This document shows positions 11,007 to 20,899 of a stretch of DNA of 64,000 nt, one piece after another. Made by a program: the position numbers and the translations under genes. Position 1 is the first letter of the stretch. Each line of letters opens with the position of its first letter. The notes beneath the pieces are model-generated. The model saw only the letters and a list, made by a program, of their open reading frames with translations. It had not been told where the DNA came from and did not search any database. The stretch lies in contig CANQQA010000007.1 of assembly GCA_947625885.1 (NCBI GenBank), positions 26,555-90,554 of the forward strand, written 5' to 3'. Source of the DNA: an uncultured Bacteroidales bacterium (GTDB taxonomy: Bacteria > Bacteroidota > Bacteroidia > Bacteroidales > UBA11471).

Positions 11007-12149
11007 CTATCGCAATTTTTTGTAATATACTAAATCTTCTTTCTCCATTTCGGGGTGAAATATTTTCACGAGATCTCGCAAAAGAATATCGGGATTGACG
11101 ACCGCCGACTCGAAAAAGTCGTTGCCGCCGGCAGCATTGACCCGACGGGTGTTGTTATAGACACTGCCGTTTTTGAAACAGCGGGTGTCGGTGAATTTCG
11201 GGCAGGCGGCTTTCAACTCGTCAAGGGTATTTGCCGAACCTGTATGGAGCCACATATCGGCGCCGGCGACCAACAGATAGGCTTCTTCGAGGTCGATGGG
11301 CAGCGAGGCATTGCCCGCATTCTCCTTGTAAATGTAATCACCGCCGGCATCGGCAATCAGCTGTACCAGATAACTCCCTGTCGACGGCATGAACCACGAA
11401 TCGCCGTAGGGGGCATTGAGCATGACCGAGGGGGTATCGGACGCCGTCGCCACTACCCGTTCTTTCAAGGCATTGTAGCGCTCGGCTATCGGGTCGAAGT
11501 GCCGGACGGCTTCGACACGCCGCCCCACCGTCTCGCCGACAGCAACCAGCCACTCCGCTTTTCCGAGCGGAGATTCTTCGAGATAATCGCCGACATACAT
11601 ATACGGAATGCCCAGTTCCGAGAGCTTACCCTCCATCGGATTGGCACCATTGACGCCATAAAGCAGCACGAGGTCGGGACGGAGCGACAGCAGCAGTTCG
11701 TAATCAATATTTCCCTCATATCCCACATCGCCGATACTGTCGCGATGCAAGGCAACATATTCGTTCGAAATATAGTCGATGCACGACACGCCGACAACCC
11801 TGTCGTCGGCACCGACCGCAGCCAGCATGGCGATATGGGTAGCCGACATGGCGACGATGCGGGACGCCGCCCCCCGCAGCACCTGCCCCGTGAATCCGGC
11901 AGGAACCGGCTCCTCATTGCGGGCAATGAAAAGACGCGCAACCACACCGTCGGCATTCTGCCACGGATTGGAAACCGTAATCAGCACACTCTCCTTTCCC
12001 TTAATACCTTTGATGGAAAAACCGGAGGCATATCGGGGCGAATAAACTGTTTCCGTAAATTCGTCGAGAGTCGCCGCCGTGCGGTTGCCGCACGCCGTCG
12101 TCAGCAAGGCAAGAAGAATCGCCACAAATGTCGTTCGATAAATTTTCAT
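11007..12149 (-). CDS. periplasmic binding lipoprotein, iron/cobalamin (BtuF-like)
   Basis: Lipobox LTTA-C; YELLLSLRPDL, EESPLGKAEW, DLVKIFHP. Confidence 0.88.
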   Translation of the reverse strand: MKIYRTTFVAILLALLTTACGNRTAATLDEFTETVYSPRYASGFSIKGIKGKESVLITVSNPWQNADGVVARLFIARNEEPVPAGFTGQVLRGAASRIVAMSATHIAMLAAVGADDRVVGVSCIDYISNEYVALHRDSIGDVGYEGNIDYELLLSLRPDLVLLYGVNGANPMEGKLSELGIPYMYVGDYLEESPLGKAEWLVAVGETVGRRVEAVRHFDPIAERYNALKERVVATASDTPSVMLNAPYGDSWFMPSTGSYLVQLIADAGGDYIYKENAGNASLPIDLEEAYLLVAGADMWLHTGSANTLDELKAACPKFTDTRCFKNGSVYNNTRRVNAAGGNDFFESAVVNPDILLRDLVKIFHPEMEKEDLVYYKKLR

Positions 12150-12170
12150 CGGCATGAAAAATTTTCCGCT

Positions 12171-12178
12171 CAAAGATA
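12171..12178 (-). promoter_or_regulatory. Bacteroidetes -7 promoter box for the ABC operon
   Basis: TATCTTTG on minus strand about 20 nt upstream of the start. Confidence 0.6.
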
Positions 12179-12440
12179 GTAATTCCCGCCGACTTCCGCA
12201 CACCAACATTCCCGAATTTCAGCACCGCCCATAAATCTGTCAAACACCTCGCAAATGGTTTTGCATTCATACATAATATTTCTTCCCCACCTTTATCTCT
12301 TCCATATTTTATATTACCTTTGTAGACGTATCGAAAAATTTATGGGCAAAACAGTAACTAATATTAAGACCGGAGGCTGTAAGGAAATTACATTTTGCCG
12401 GTATGTTGATGAAACTTGATAATGAAATCAAATAATCATT

Positions 12441-13313
12441 ATGAAAATATCCATTCGATTTTATAATGACCGAGAAGTACGGGCTATATGGGACGAGGAA
12501 CATTCTAAATGGTGGTTCTCCGTGTTGGATATTATAGGAGTTCTGAATAATCAGGACGATTATCAAAAGAATCGCAATTATTGGAAATATCTAAAAAACA
12601 AGCTCAAAAAAGAAAATGCCGAACCGGTTAGTATTACTAACCAGTTAAAACTTACTGCTCCTGATGGCAAGCGGCGTTTATCTGATACTCTTGACTTTAA
12701 TGGAGTTATACTATTGGCAAAGGCTTTTCCGAATACGAAGGCAGCAAGATTTGTCGAGTGGTTTACCAACAGTGATGAAACAATTGACGGCAAGAGCAAA
12801 TCGAAAGCGTATGCACTTTTTGGAAGCAATCTAATCGATAATATTGAAGTCGGGACAATAAAAGGATTGCAACAGATACACGCCTATTTATTCGGAGGTT
12901 TGTATGATTTTGCCGGACAGATTCGTTCAGTTAATTTGGCAAAAGGAGGATTTCAATTTGCAATAGTCCAATACCTGCCACAAACACTTTCTTCTATCGA
13001 GCAAATGCCAGAGGACACATTCGAACAAATTGTGGACAAATATGTCGAGATGAATATTGCCCATCCTTTCCGCGAAGGAAACGGAAGATCTACTCGCATC
13101 TGGCTCGATTTAATCCTCAAAAAGCGGCTAAAAAAATGTATAGATTGGAGCCTTATTAACAAAAAAGAGTATCTGAATGCAATGCAACTCAGTGTAGTCA
13201 ATGCATCTAACATTAAGAGCCTTCTGCAATCGGGATTAACGGACAAAATTAATGATCGTGAAACCTTTATGAAAGGTATAGATTATTCTTATTATTATGA
13301 GCAAGAAGAGTAA
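12441..13313 (+). CDS. fic: Fic-domain AMP-transferase with N-terminal Bro-like region
   Basis: [12 protein letters not shown] catalytic motif; C-terminal SYYYE; N-terminal [17 protein letters not shown]; -7 box TACCTTTG at 12315-12322. Confidence 0.9.
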   Translation: MKISIRFYNDREVRAIWDEEHSKWWFSVLDIIGVLNNQDDYQKNRNYWKYLKNKLKKENAEPVSITNQLKLTAPDGKRRLSDTLDFNGVILLAKAFPNTKAARFVEWFTNSDETIDGKSKSKAYALFGSNLIDNIEVGTIKGLQQIHAYLFGGLYDFAGQIRSVNLAKGGFQFAIVQYLPQTLSSIEQMPEDTFEQIVDKYVEMNIAHPFREGNGRSTRIWLDLILKKRLKKCIDWSLINKKEYLNAMQLSVVNASNIKSLLQSGLTDKINDRETFMKGIDYSYYYEQEE

Positions 13314-13608
13314 ATCTATAAGCATTAATATGACAAAAGGGCTCCGTCGTAAAAAAACAAAGGTAATTATATTTCCCTTTCTTTTGCTGCACCTCTAAAA
13401 CAAGCATTAAAGTGAAACTGTAAACCTTTTTTACGGTATTTCTCCTGACGAAAGAATCACACTTGTTCCAGATTCCGTGTTTGATAATTTCAATCGGTTT
13501 GTGTATGAAGAAAGATATGGTAATGTTTTGTAACCGATATATGCGGGTATATTCCTAAAATATAGTATATTTGTTTCAAATATGTAGATTCTAAATTCAA
13601 ATTTAACC

Positions 13609-14895
13609 ATGAAACTATTGAATCACAATTCATTGAGAATACTTATCGCATCTGTGTTCTTTGTATTCCTGTCGGTTTTGGGGCAGAATTGTGCGACAAA
13701 AGAGAACAAACCGTATAGCGCCACTACACAGAAGTTGGTGGATATAGTGAAGCAAGACAGCCGCATCAAGTCCCTTCTATTGGAAGCTATCGAAAAAGGT
13801 CGAAAGATCAATCCTGACCCCTCTACCAATCCGGCGCAATCATTGGAGGCGTACTATGATTTCATTGACCGCTCTCAGACCGCCATGCCTTGGGATGTGA
13901 TTTTCTGCCCCGGTCAGCCCAGCATTTTCGGACGTATGTATCAGGCTTTATGCTATTGCTATTTCATCAACTGCATGCCTCTGGAATCGTTGGAAAATGA
14001 AAGCCTTTTCACTAATTCGGTGCAATACGTAGAGCCATACCGCAGTTGGTTGGTAGATTATTGCAAATCATGGGGTAGTTTCCTCTCTTCACCCGCATCT
14101 TGGAATAAGGAGTACGAGGAACTGATGATGCAACAAGAAGAGCTTGGCATGACCAAGGGATGGTATGAAGATCCTTCGCACTGGCATTCGTTCAATGATT
14201 TTTTCAGCCGTCGCCTTGCATCTGCAGACCAGCGTCCCATAGCCTCTCCGGAAGACAATTCAATCGTGGCATCACCGACCGATTGCATTCCGCAGGGAGT
14301 TTGGGAGATTGATGATGATTCGTACATCATCACGAATGAGAAGATCGCGGTAAAATCACGTGTATTCAACTCCATACGCAACCTTATCGGTCCGAATAGT
14401 CCATATTGTGACGCTTTTGCCGGCGGCACTTTCTACCACGCTTTTCTCAATGCAAATGATTATCACCGTTATCATTTCCCGTTATCCGGAATAATCCGCG
14501 AGCTTCGTATTATTCCGGGAGATGATGCATTGGGCGGAAAGATTACTTGGGAACCTAACTTGCAGCAATATATAGTTGATTGTTCCGTACCGGGTTGGCA
14601 AAGCATCGAAACGCGCGGGCTTGCTATCATTGAAACGGAGTCGCATGGGCTGGTTGCTGTGATGCCTATCGGAATGTCACAGGTCGCTTCTGTTAATTTC
14701 TCGGAAGATTTGCACGTAGGCAAGCGAGTGGGAAAAGGCGATGAGTTGGGCTATTTTTTGTTTGGTGGCTCGGATTTCGTATTGGTGTTCCAAAAGGAAG
14801 CCAATTTCCATTTAACCTCTCCGCAAGATGAGGACGGTGCATGGCAGCACATTCTGATGGGCGAGAAGATAGGTGAACTGAAACAGGTTCGCTAA
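13609..14895 (+). CDS. phosphatidylserine decarboxylase family proenzyme (long, signal-bearing)
   Basis: SFNDFFSRRL, ASPTD, DYHRYHFP, KGDELGYFLFGGSD self-cleavage motif; -7 box TATATTTG at 13566-13573. Confidence 0.88.
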   Translation: MKLLNHNSLRILIASVFFVFLSVLGQNCATKENKPYSATTQKLVDIVKQDSRIKSLLLEAIEKGRKINPDPSTNPAQSLEAYYDFIDRSQTAMPWDVIFCPGQPSIFGRMYQALCYCYFINCMPLESLENESLFTNSVQYVEPYRSWLVDYCKSWGSFLSSPASWNKEYEELMMQQEELGMTKGWYEDPSHWHSFNDFFSRRLASADQRPIASPEDNSIVASPTDCIPQGVWEIDDDSYIITNEKIAVKSRVFNSIRNLIGPNSPYCDAFAGGTFYHAFLNANDYHRYHFPLSGIIRELRIIPGDDALGGKITWEPNLQQYIVDCSVPGWQSIETRGLAIIETESHGLVAVMPIGMSQVASVNFSEDLHVGKRVGKGDELGYFLFGGSDFVLVFQKEANFHLTSPQDEDGAWQHILMGEKIGELKQVR

Positions 14896-15001
14896 TCGCC
14901 CCAGAGTTATCAAGGGAGGGCGTCTGCACACTCTTCAAAACAAGTTTTACGGATAGGTCGTACCCTCCCAGAAAGCAAAGTACGGTTTCCCACGGCAAAT
15001 C

Positions 15002-15036
15002 AAATCCCTGTCAATTTAATTGATTGACAGGGATTT
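15002..15036. terminator. hairpin between convergent genes
   Basis: AAATCCCTGTCAAT / ATTGACAGGGATTT, perfect 14-bp stem. Confidence 0.75.
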
Positions 15037-15064
15037 AATATTTGATATTATGCTAAAAACAGCA

Positions 15065-15286
15065 CTAATACTCCTCCTCGTTGAAGAAGAAGTCTTCTTT
15101 GCTGGGGTAATCGGGCCAAATGTCTTCGATACATTCGTATATTTCGCCTTCGTCTTCCATTTCTTGCAGGTTTTCGATGATTTCGAGGGGTGCGCCCGAA
15201 CGCATGGCGTAATCAATCAGCTCATCTTTGGTGGCGGGCCAAGGTGCGTCTTCGAGTTTCGATGCCAATTCCAAAGTCCAATACAT
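15065..15286 (-). CDS. DUF2795 family protein
   Basis: MYWTLELASKLEDAPWPATKDELIDYA, a conserved small Bacteroidetes protein. Confidence 0.9.
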   Translation of the reverse strand: MYWTLELASKLEDAPWPATKDELIDYAMRSGAPLEIIENLQEMEDEGEIYECIEDIWPDYPSKEDFFFNEEEY

Positions 15287-15339
15287 AATGAATGATGTTT
15301 AACGGGTTTAATTTTTCCGCAAAAGTAGAATAAATATTT

Positions 15340-15909
15340 TCATTTGCAATCTTTATCCCAATAAATTTCTGCTTTTTTTTCAACGACGTTGCATTGACGG
15401 GAAAGAACGAACAGGTAATCCGACAACCGATTGATATACTGCAAGATAAGTTTATCGACTGGCTGCCGGTCGCAAAGGGTGCAAATGTAGCGCTCGGCGC
15501 GACGGCAAACGGTACGGCACACATGGGCTTGTGCGGCTGCCCGACTGCCGCCCGGCAGCACAAAATTGCGCAGGGGCGGCAGTGCGGCATCGAGGGTGTC
15601 GATGCGCTGTTCTATTTGTTCAATGTTTTCGGGTCGGATATGGGCTGCGCTGCGCAGAGCGGTGTCGGCAGTATCGGTTGCCAGATAGGCTCCGACGGCG
15701 AAAAGGCGGTGTTGTATGAAGCGTATTTGCGCGGCATCGTCGTCCATTCCGTCGGGCAGCATGGCGACGAGCAAACCGAGATGGGCGTTGAGTTCATCGA
15801 CGGTGCCGTAGGCTTCGAGGCGTATGTCGTGTTTAGAAACGCGCTTGCCGCCGACGAGGGAGGTCTCGCCCGCGTCGCCTGTTCCGGTGTAAAGGATACT
15901 TTTTTTCAT
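15340..15909 (-). CDS. PduO-type cob(I)alamin adenosyltransferase
   Basis: YTGTGDAGET, AYGTVDELN, RTVCRRAER, YINRLSDYLF; start at ATG 15909. Confidence 0.93.
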   Translation of the reverse strand: MKKSILYTGTGDAGETSLVGGKRVSKHDIRLEAYGTVDELNAHLGLLVAMLPDGMDDDAAQIRFIQHRLFAVGAYLATDTADTALRSAAHIRPENIEQIEQRIDTLDAALPPLRNFVLPGGSRAAAQAHVCRTVCRRAERYICTLCDRQPVDKLILQYINRLSDYLFVLSRQCNVVEKKAEIYWDKDCK

Positions 15910-15922
15910 AACGTTTTTTGTT

Positions 15923-16624
15923 TCAGAATGCAACGATATAGTTCCGCTTGTCGAGTTTGGGGTTGCAAATGGCGATGCCGGTATTATAGAGGTCGAACGT
16001 CGTACGCACTTTTTCTTGCTCCGTGAAATGCTGCCATTCGCGCAGAACACTCTTTTTCTGTCTGATACCGTCGATGACGACCAACCCGTTATCCGCGAGC
16101 AAGGCGCCGAGCCGGCGCAACAGTATTTCATATTGCCGTGTATCGGACTGACGATGCAGATAGATGAAATCGGGGCGAATATCGTTCGACGACAAAAATT
16201 CGATACCGTCGGCGAGGGAACAATCGACGAACGTTACATTTCCGGGCAGGTGCATACAAAGCTGCTCGGCAGAAGCCCGACGTATGTCGTCGGGTTCGAT
16301 GCAATACACGTGCGCCTGCGGATAGCCTTGTTGGAGATATAGGGTGGAGTCGCCGCCTCCGCTACCGAGTTCGACAATGATCTGGGGCTTGAAACGATTG
16401 ACCAGACGGAAAAGAAGCCGGTATTTGCGGCGGTTGCTTTTGACCTTGTCGTGCAAGGTATGGTGCAACCCTTCGATAGACTGGTAGGCGTAATAGCCCG
16501 ATTTTTCTTCGATGACTTTGGTGATAAGATTGTAGGCGAAAGGAGAATGCACGCCATACCCTTTCCGGTGGCGTATCTTGCGTATTTTCCGCAAGCAATA
16601 TTGTTTGACTGCAAATCGGCGCAT
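15923..16624 (-). CDS. class I SAM-dependent methyltransferase-like protein
   Basis: GYGVHSPFAY N-terminal motif, IVELGSGGG. Confidence 0.8.
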   Translation of the reverse strand: MRRFAVKQYCLRKIRKIRHRKGYGVHSPFAYNLITKVIEEKSGYYAYQSIEGLHHTLHDKVKSNRRKYRLLFRLVNRFKPQIIVELGSGGGDSTLYLQQGYPQAHVYCIEPDDIRRASAEQLCMHLPGNVTFVDCSLADGIEFLSSNDIRPDFIYLHRQSDTRQYEILLRRLGALLADNGLVVIDGIRQKKSVLREWQHFTEQEKVRTTFDLYNTGIAICNPKLDKRNYIVAF

Positions 16625-16687
16625 ATTCCTACAACGATATGCAAATATAGTTTTTCTGCCGTTTTTTTCGATGAAACGGCGCTTTTT

Positions 16688-17179
16688 TTATTTCATGCGG
16701 GCTGCAAATGCCGCCATTTTGATGGCGGTAACAGCCGCCTCATCGCCTTTGTTTCCGTACTTGCCTCCGGCGCGGTCTATGGCTTGCTGTTTGTCGTTGG
16801 TGGTGAGTACGCCGAAGATTACGGGAACATCGAGCGTCGCGTTGAGGCGGGTAATGCCTTCCGTAACGCCTTCGCACACGTAATTGAAATGCGGCGTGTC
16901 GCCCTGTATCACACAACCGAGTACGATGACGGCGTCGGGGCGGTAGTGCATCGCCATGCGCTGCGCGCCGAATGTCAATTCAAACGTTCCGGGCACGTGT
17001 TCGATAAAAATGTTGTCGTCTTTCACGCCGTGCCGTTCGAGCGTATTGCGGGCGCCTTCGAGCAGTTTCCCCGTAATGTCGGCGTTCCATTCGGCGCAGA
17101 CGATTGCAATGCGCAAAAGGGGCGAATGGGGTACGCTGTCGCCGTCGCAAGAAGATAGATTCTGATATGCTGTTGCCAT
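16688..17179 (-). CDS. ribH: 6,7-dimethyl-8-ribityllumazine synthase
   Basis: [30 protein letters not shown]. Confidence 0.96.
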   Translation of the reverse strand: MATAYQNLSSCDGDSVPHSPLLRIAIVCAEWNADITGKLLEGARNTLERHGVKDDNIFIEHVPGTFELTFGAQRMAMHYRPDAVIVLGCVIQGDTPHFNYVCEGVTEGITRLNATLDVPVIFGVLTTNDKQQAIDRAGGKYGNKGDEAAVTAIKMAAFAARMK

Positions 17180-17191
17180 ATATTATATAGT

Positions 17192-17219
17192 AAAAAGGGT
17201 ATCTCGCGGGAGATACCCT
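17192..17219 (-). terminator. terminator-like hairpin between TPR gene and ribH
   Basis: AGGGTATCTC-CCGC-GAGATACCCT followed by a T tract on the minus strand. Confidence 0.65.
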
Positions 17220-17246
17220 CTCTTTTATCACGATTGATTTTTCTGC

Positions 17247-17930
17247 TTAGATTTTAGCCTGTGCGCGTTCGATGTATTTGTCGATGTCGCGAGCAACCGC
17301 CGAAGTGGCATAGTCGTCTTTTATCTGACGATAGAGCGACAGCGCCTTGTTGTAGTCGCCCTGAGCTTCGGCTACGGTAGCAGCCTTTTGCAGGTAGTAG
17401 GGCGAAAGCAGTATGTTATCGGCTTTCTTGGCGGCTTTCTCGAACGTGGCTATCGCATCGTCGGTGCGGTCCATGTTGGCGTAGCAGTTGCCCATCATGC
17501 CCAATACGTTGGGCGAAACGAACTTGTCGTCGGCTTTGAACGACCGGAAGTAGTCCAACGCTGAGGCATAATTTCCGAGATTGTATTCGCAAATGCCGGC
17601 ATAAGCGGCAGCCAGATTGGCGGCGTCGGTGTGCGAATAATCCTCGACGATAGCCTTGAATCCGATGTAGTCGGCGCCATTGCCGTTAAGAGCCAAGTTG
17701 AAAGAGTCCGTATCGAGATAAAACTCGCCTTTGAACATTTCGGCGTAAGCCGCTTTTTCACGCGGTTCAAAATAGAAATAGCGCACCCCTATCCATGCGG
17801 CAGCGCAGAGAATAATGATACAAAGTATCAGCGAGATGCGTTTTTGATTGTTCTCGATAAACTGTTCCGACGAAGAAAGCACTTCGTTCACTTTATCGAG
17901 TTCGTCCTGAGTGTTTTGTTTATTTGCCAT
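17247..17930 (-). CDS. membrane-anchored TPR protein (YfgM-like)
   Basis: One N-terminal TM helix then helical TPR-like repeats; usual neighbour of ribH/recF. Confidence 0.82.
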   Translation of the reverse strand: MANKQNTQDELDKVNEVLSSSEQFIENNQKRISLILCIIILCAAAWIGVRYFYFEPREKAAYAEMFKGEFYLDTDSFNLALNGNGADYIGFKAIVEDYSHTDAANLAAAYAGICEYNLGNYASALDYFRSFKADDKFVSPNVLGMMGNCYANMDRTDDAIATFEKAAKKADNILLSPYYLQKAATVAEAQGDYNKALSLYRQIKDDYATSAVARDIDKYIERAQAKI

Positions 17931-18121
17931 ATCTTGTGTTGTTTTTTATTAACGAAACGTTTTTGCGACGCAAAAGTACGCTTTTATATTTATAAATGAA
18001 AAAATCGGTCTGTTTTTTTGAAGGTTGTCCCGTTAAAAATGAGGTTTTTTCCTTTTTTTCTTTCCGTCGGACGCGGTAAACCGAAAAAGTTTGTGTAGGT
18101 TTGCAATATAAAACAACGAGC

Positions 18122-19222
18122 ATGATACTTTCCCGATTATCAATCGTCAATTTCAAAAACATCGCGCAAGCCGATTTGACTTTTTCCGCCGGACTCAATT
18201 GTTTCTTAGGCAATAACGGCATGGGAAAAACCAATCTGCTCGACGCACTCTATTATCTGTCGTTCTGCAAAAGTTCGACGAATGTCATCGACTCGCAGAA
18301 CATACGGCACGGGGAAGAATTTTTCATGCTGCAAGGCAACTACGACTACGGCGACGGTCGGGAAGAAGAGATATATTGCGGACTGAAACACCGGCAGAAA
18401 AAAATTTTCCGGCGAAACAAAAAGGAGTACGACCGACTGTCCGACCATATCGGGCTGATTCCGCTAGTGATGATTTCGCCTGCCGATGCCGTGCTCATAC
18501 AGGGCGGCAGCGACGAACGCCGCCGCTTTCTCGACATGGTCGTTTCGCAATTCGACAAGAGCTATTTAGACCGGTTGATACGCTACAACCGCGCTTTGAT
18601 GCAGCGCAACACGCTGCTGAAAGAGGAGGTTTTCGATGCGTCGATGTATGAAATTTGGGAGGAGCAAATGGCGCAGGCGGCTGTCGGCATATACGAAGCC
18701 CGCTGCCGTTTTTTGGAAAAATTCATACCGGTTTTTCAAGAGTTCTATTCCGTCATATCGGGCGGCGACGAAACGGTAGGACTTTCGTATACCTCGCATT
18801 TGAGTCGGGGCGACCTGCGCCCGCTGTTGGAAGAGGTACGCTCGCGCGACCTGATTTTGGGCTACACATCGCGAGGCATTCACAAAGACGAACTGGAAAT
18901 GACGCTTGGAGAATATCCGATGAAACGCATCGGCTCGCAAGGGCAGAACAAGACGTTCTTGGTCGCCCTGAAACTCGCGCAATTCGATTACCTGAAACAG
19001 AACGGGCACACGGCTCCGCTGCTGCTGCTCGACGACGTTTTCGACAAACTCGACGCCATGCGCATGGGGAGAATCATCTCCTTAGTTTCGCAAGAGCGTT
19101 TCGGACAAATATTCGTTACGGACACCAACCGCGAATATCTCGACGCCATCGTGCGCCGTGCAGCCGGCGATTATCGCCTTTTCGGCGTGGAAAAGGGTTG
19201 TTTCACTGTCATTTCGGAATAG
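18122..19222 (+). CDS. recF: DNA replication/repair protein RecF
   Basis: NFKN, GNNGMGKTNLLDA, ERRRFLD, GSQGQ, LLLDDVFDKLD. Confidence 0.96.
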   Translation: MILSRLSIVNFKNIAQADLTFSAGLNCFLGNNGMGKTNLLDALYYLSFCKSSTNVIDSQNIRHGEEFFMLQGNYDYGDGREEEIYCGLKHRQKKIFRRNKKEYDRLSDHIGLIPLVMISPADAVLIQGGSDERRRFLDMVVSQFDKSYLDRLIRYNRALMQRNTLLKEEVFDASMYEIWEEQMAQAAVGIYEARCRFLEKFIPVFQEFYSVISGGDETVGLSYTSHLSRGDLRPLLEEVRSRDLILGYTSRGIHKDELEMTLGEYPMKRIGSQGQNKTFLVALKLAQFDYLKQNGHTAPLLLLDDVFDKLDAMRMGRIISLVSQERFGQIFVTDTNREYLDAIVRRAAGDYRLFGVEKGCFTVISE

Positions 19223-19223
19223 T

Positions 19224-19514
19224 ATGCAGCGAAAAGAGGCACAACGGTTAAGTGATTTGCTTCCGAAGGTTCTATCCGAACAAAACCTGACACAGAAGCT
19301 CGACGAAACGCAGATCGGCGTCTTGTGGCGAAATCTGTTCGGCGAAACGGTTGCCGGCTACACCACCCGCGCACAAATGCGCAACGGCAAATTATACGTG
19401 TCGCTTTCGTCGGCAATACTGCGCAACGAATTGATGTGCAACAAAATATCCTTGATAGAGCGATTGAATGAAGAGCTCGGGAAACCGTTGGTAAAAGATA
19501 TTATTTTCAGATGA
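19224..19514 (+). CDS. DUF721/DciA family protein
   Basis: Follows recF; LYVSLSSAILRNEL, LNEELG..VKDIIFR. Confidence 0.85.
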   Translation: MQRKEAQRLSDLLPKVLSEQNLTQKLDETQIGVLWRNLFGETVAGYTTRAQMRNGKLYVSLSSAILRNELMCNKISLIERLNEELGKPLVKDIIFR

Positions 19515-19954
19515 ATACGACAGACGAAAACGTATTCCGGCATACGCTGCCGGTGCAATTGCGATTCAACGACATAGACGGATTGGGACACCTCAACAAT
19601 TCGGTTTATTTCTCTTTTTACGACTTGGGGAAACTGCATTATTTCGAGAGCATACGTCCGGATATGCGGGAGATAAAGGAGATAGACCTCGTCGTGGCGA
19701 ACGTAAACGCCAACTTCCTCGCCCCGATTTTCTTGTACGACGAAGTCGTCGTACAGACCCGAACCGCAGCAATAGGAAACAAAAGCATCAAACTGTTTCA
19801 GCAAATCATGACGAATCGGCGTATCGTAAATGCGACGTGCGAAACGGTATTGGTGGGATTCGACTTCAAGACGGGAACGACGAAACCGATTTCAGCAGAA
19901 TGGCGGCAGGCTATCGAGGCATACGAATCCCGCACATTCGAAAAAGAAAAATAA
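19511..19954 (+). CDS. acyl-CoA thioesterase (4HBT family)
   Basis: LRFNDIDGLGHLNNSVYFSFYD. Confidence 0.9.
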   Translation: MNTTDENVFRHTLPVQLRFNDIDGLGHLNNSVYFSFYDLGKLHYFESIRPDMREIKEIDLVVANVNANFLAPIFLYDEVVVQTRTAAIGNKSIKLFQQIMTNRRIVNATCETVLVGFDFKTGTTKPISAEWRQAIEAYESRTFEKEK

Positions 19955-19957
19955 TCG

Positions 19958-20899
19958 TCAGATTTTTGAATCGCGCTCGTAAGTGTCGATGTGCCGCTTT
20001 TTCTTTTCGTCGAGAATTTCATCAATGGCAATAAGTATGCCCGACTCTTCGACGTTTCCGAATTCATCGTTGATTGCCGTACCGAATATGCGCATCGTAG
20101 GCGAGAGATTCATATAGCTGTTCACCAGCGGGGGAATATTGACACCCAACGCCCGCACCTCCTGATTGAGAATCTTGTAATCTTCTTTGAACGAATTATT
20201 TTCAGGGAAAAGTTTATTCAACGACTCGTAATCGCTGTGCGTATCGAGAGGGGTGCGCGGCCATACCAGATTGTCGGTATCGCGAAAATGTTTGTTCAAA
20301 AAGAAAAGAATCATATTGCGACCCACTTCGGAAAAAGTGGGATACATGGTAAATTTCCCGAAGAAATATTTGATTTGCGGATAATTCACCGTAAGCGCCC
20401 CCAATCCGTCCCACAAGTTGTCGAGTGCAAAAAGGGCTTTGGCACCGGCATGAGACGACTGGTATTCGGGAACGACAAACGAACGACCCAGCTCAATGGT
20501 ATATGGCATATACTCGGCGACGAATTTCGGAGAAAAATCGAACATATGCGATGTGGCGATAATGGGACGCCCCGCATCGTCATACCGCATATTCTCGCCC
20601 AAAATGAAACGATACCCACCGATTATTTCCTGTGCATCGGGATTCCAGACAAGAAGCTGCTGACACGGATTTTCCATCGTGTCATACATATCTATATCGA
20701 CGTCTTTTCCCGTACCGCCGCCTGCCAAACGAAATGAAATTTCACGCAGGCGTCCGATTTCGCGCATGGTATAAGGAGCATTCGCATAATCGACTATATA
20801 AATCTGATTTCCTCCCTTGTTCGTATTCCGCAAAAAGCGCTCCGGTGTAAGTTCGGCGATTATTTTCTCTGTTTCAACGGGGTCGATGATTTTTTTCAT
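19958..20899 (-). CDS. GNAT N-acyltransferase (GlsB/ChoA-like, glycine lipid synthesis)
   Basis: EIGRLREISFR..GGGTG, IELGRSFV, LDNLWDGLG, IPPLVNSY; paired with an acyltransferase. Confidence 0.8.
   Translation of the reverse strand: MKKIIDPVETEKIIAELTPERFLRNTNKGGNQIYIVDYANAPYTMREIGRLREISFRLAGGGTGKDVDIDMYDTMENPCQQLLVWNPDAQEIIGGYRFILGENMRYDDAGRPIIATSHMFDFSPKFVAEYMPYTIELGRSFVVPEYQSSHAGAKALFALDNLWDGLGALTVNYPQIKYFFGKFTMYPTFSEVGRNMILFFLNKHFRDTDNLVWPRTPLDTHSDYESLNKLFPENNSFKEDYKILNQEVRALGVNIPPLVNSYMNLSPTMRIFGTAINDEFGNVEESGILIAIDEILDEKKKRHIDTYERDSKI

Noticed and set aside
12301-13608. Third copy of the structured leader upstream of fic or the PSD-like gene
   Set aside because: The shared motifs (CAGAAA..GCGTGGG..CCTCTG) were not found by eye in either intergenic region
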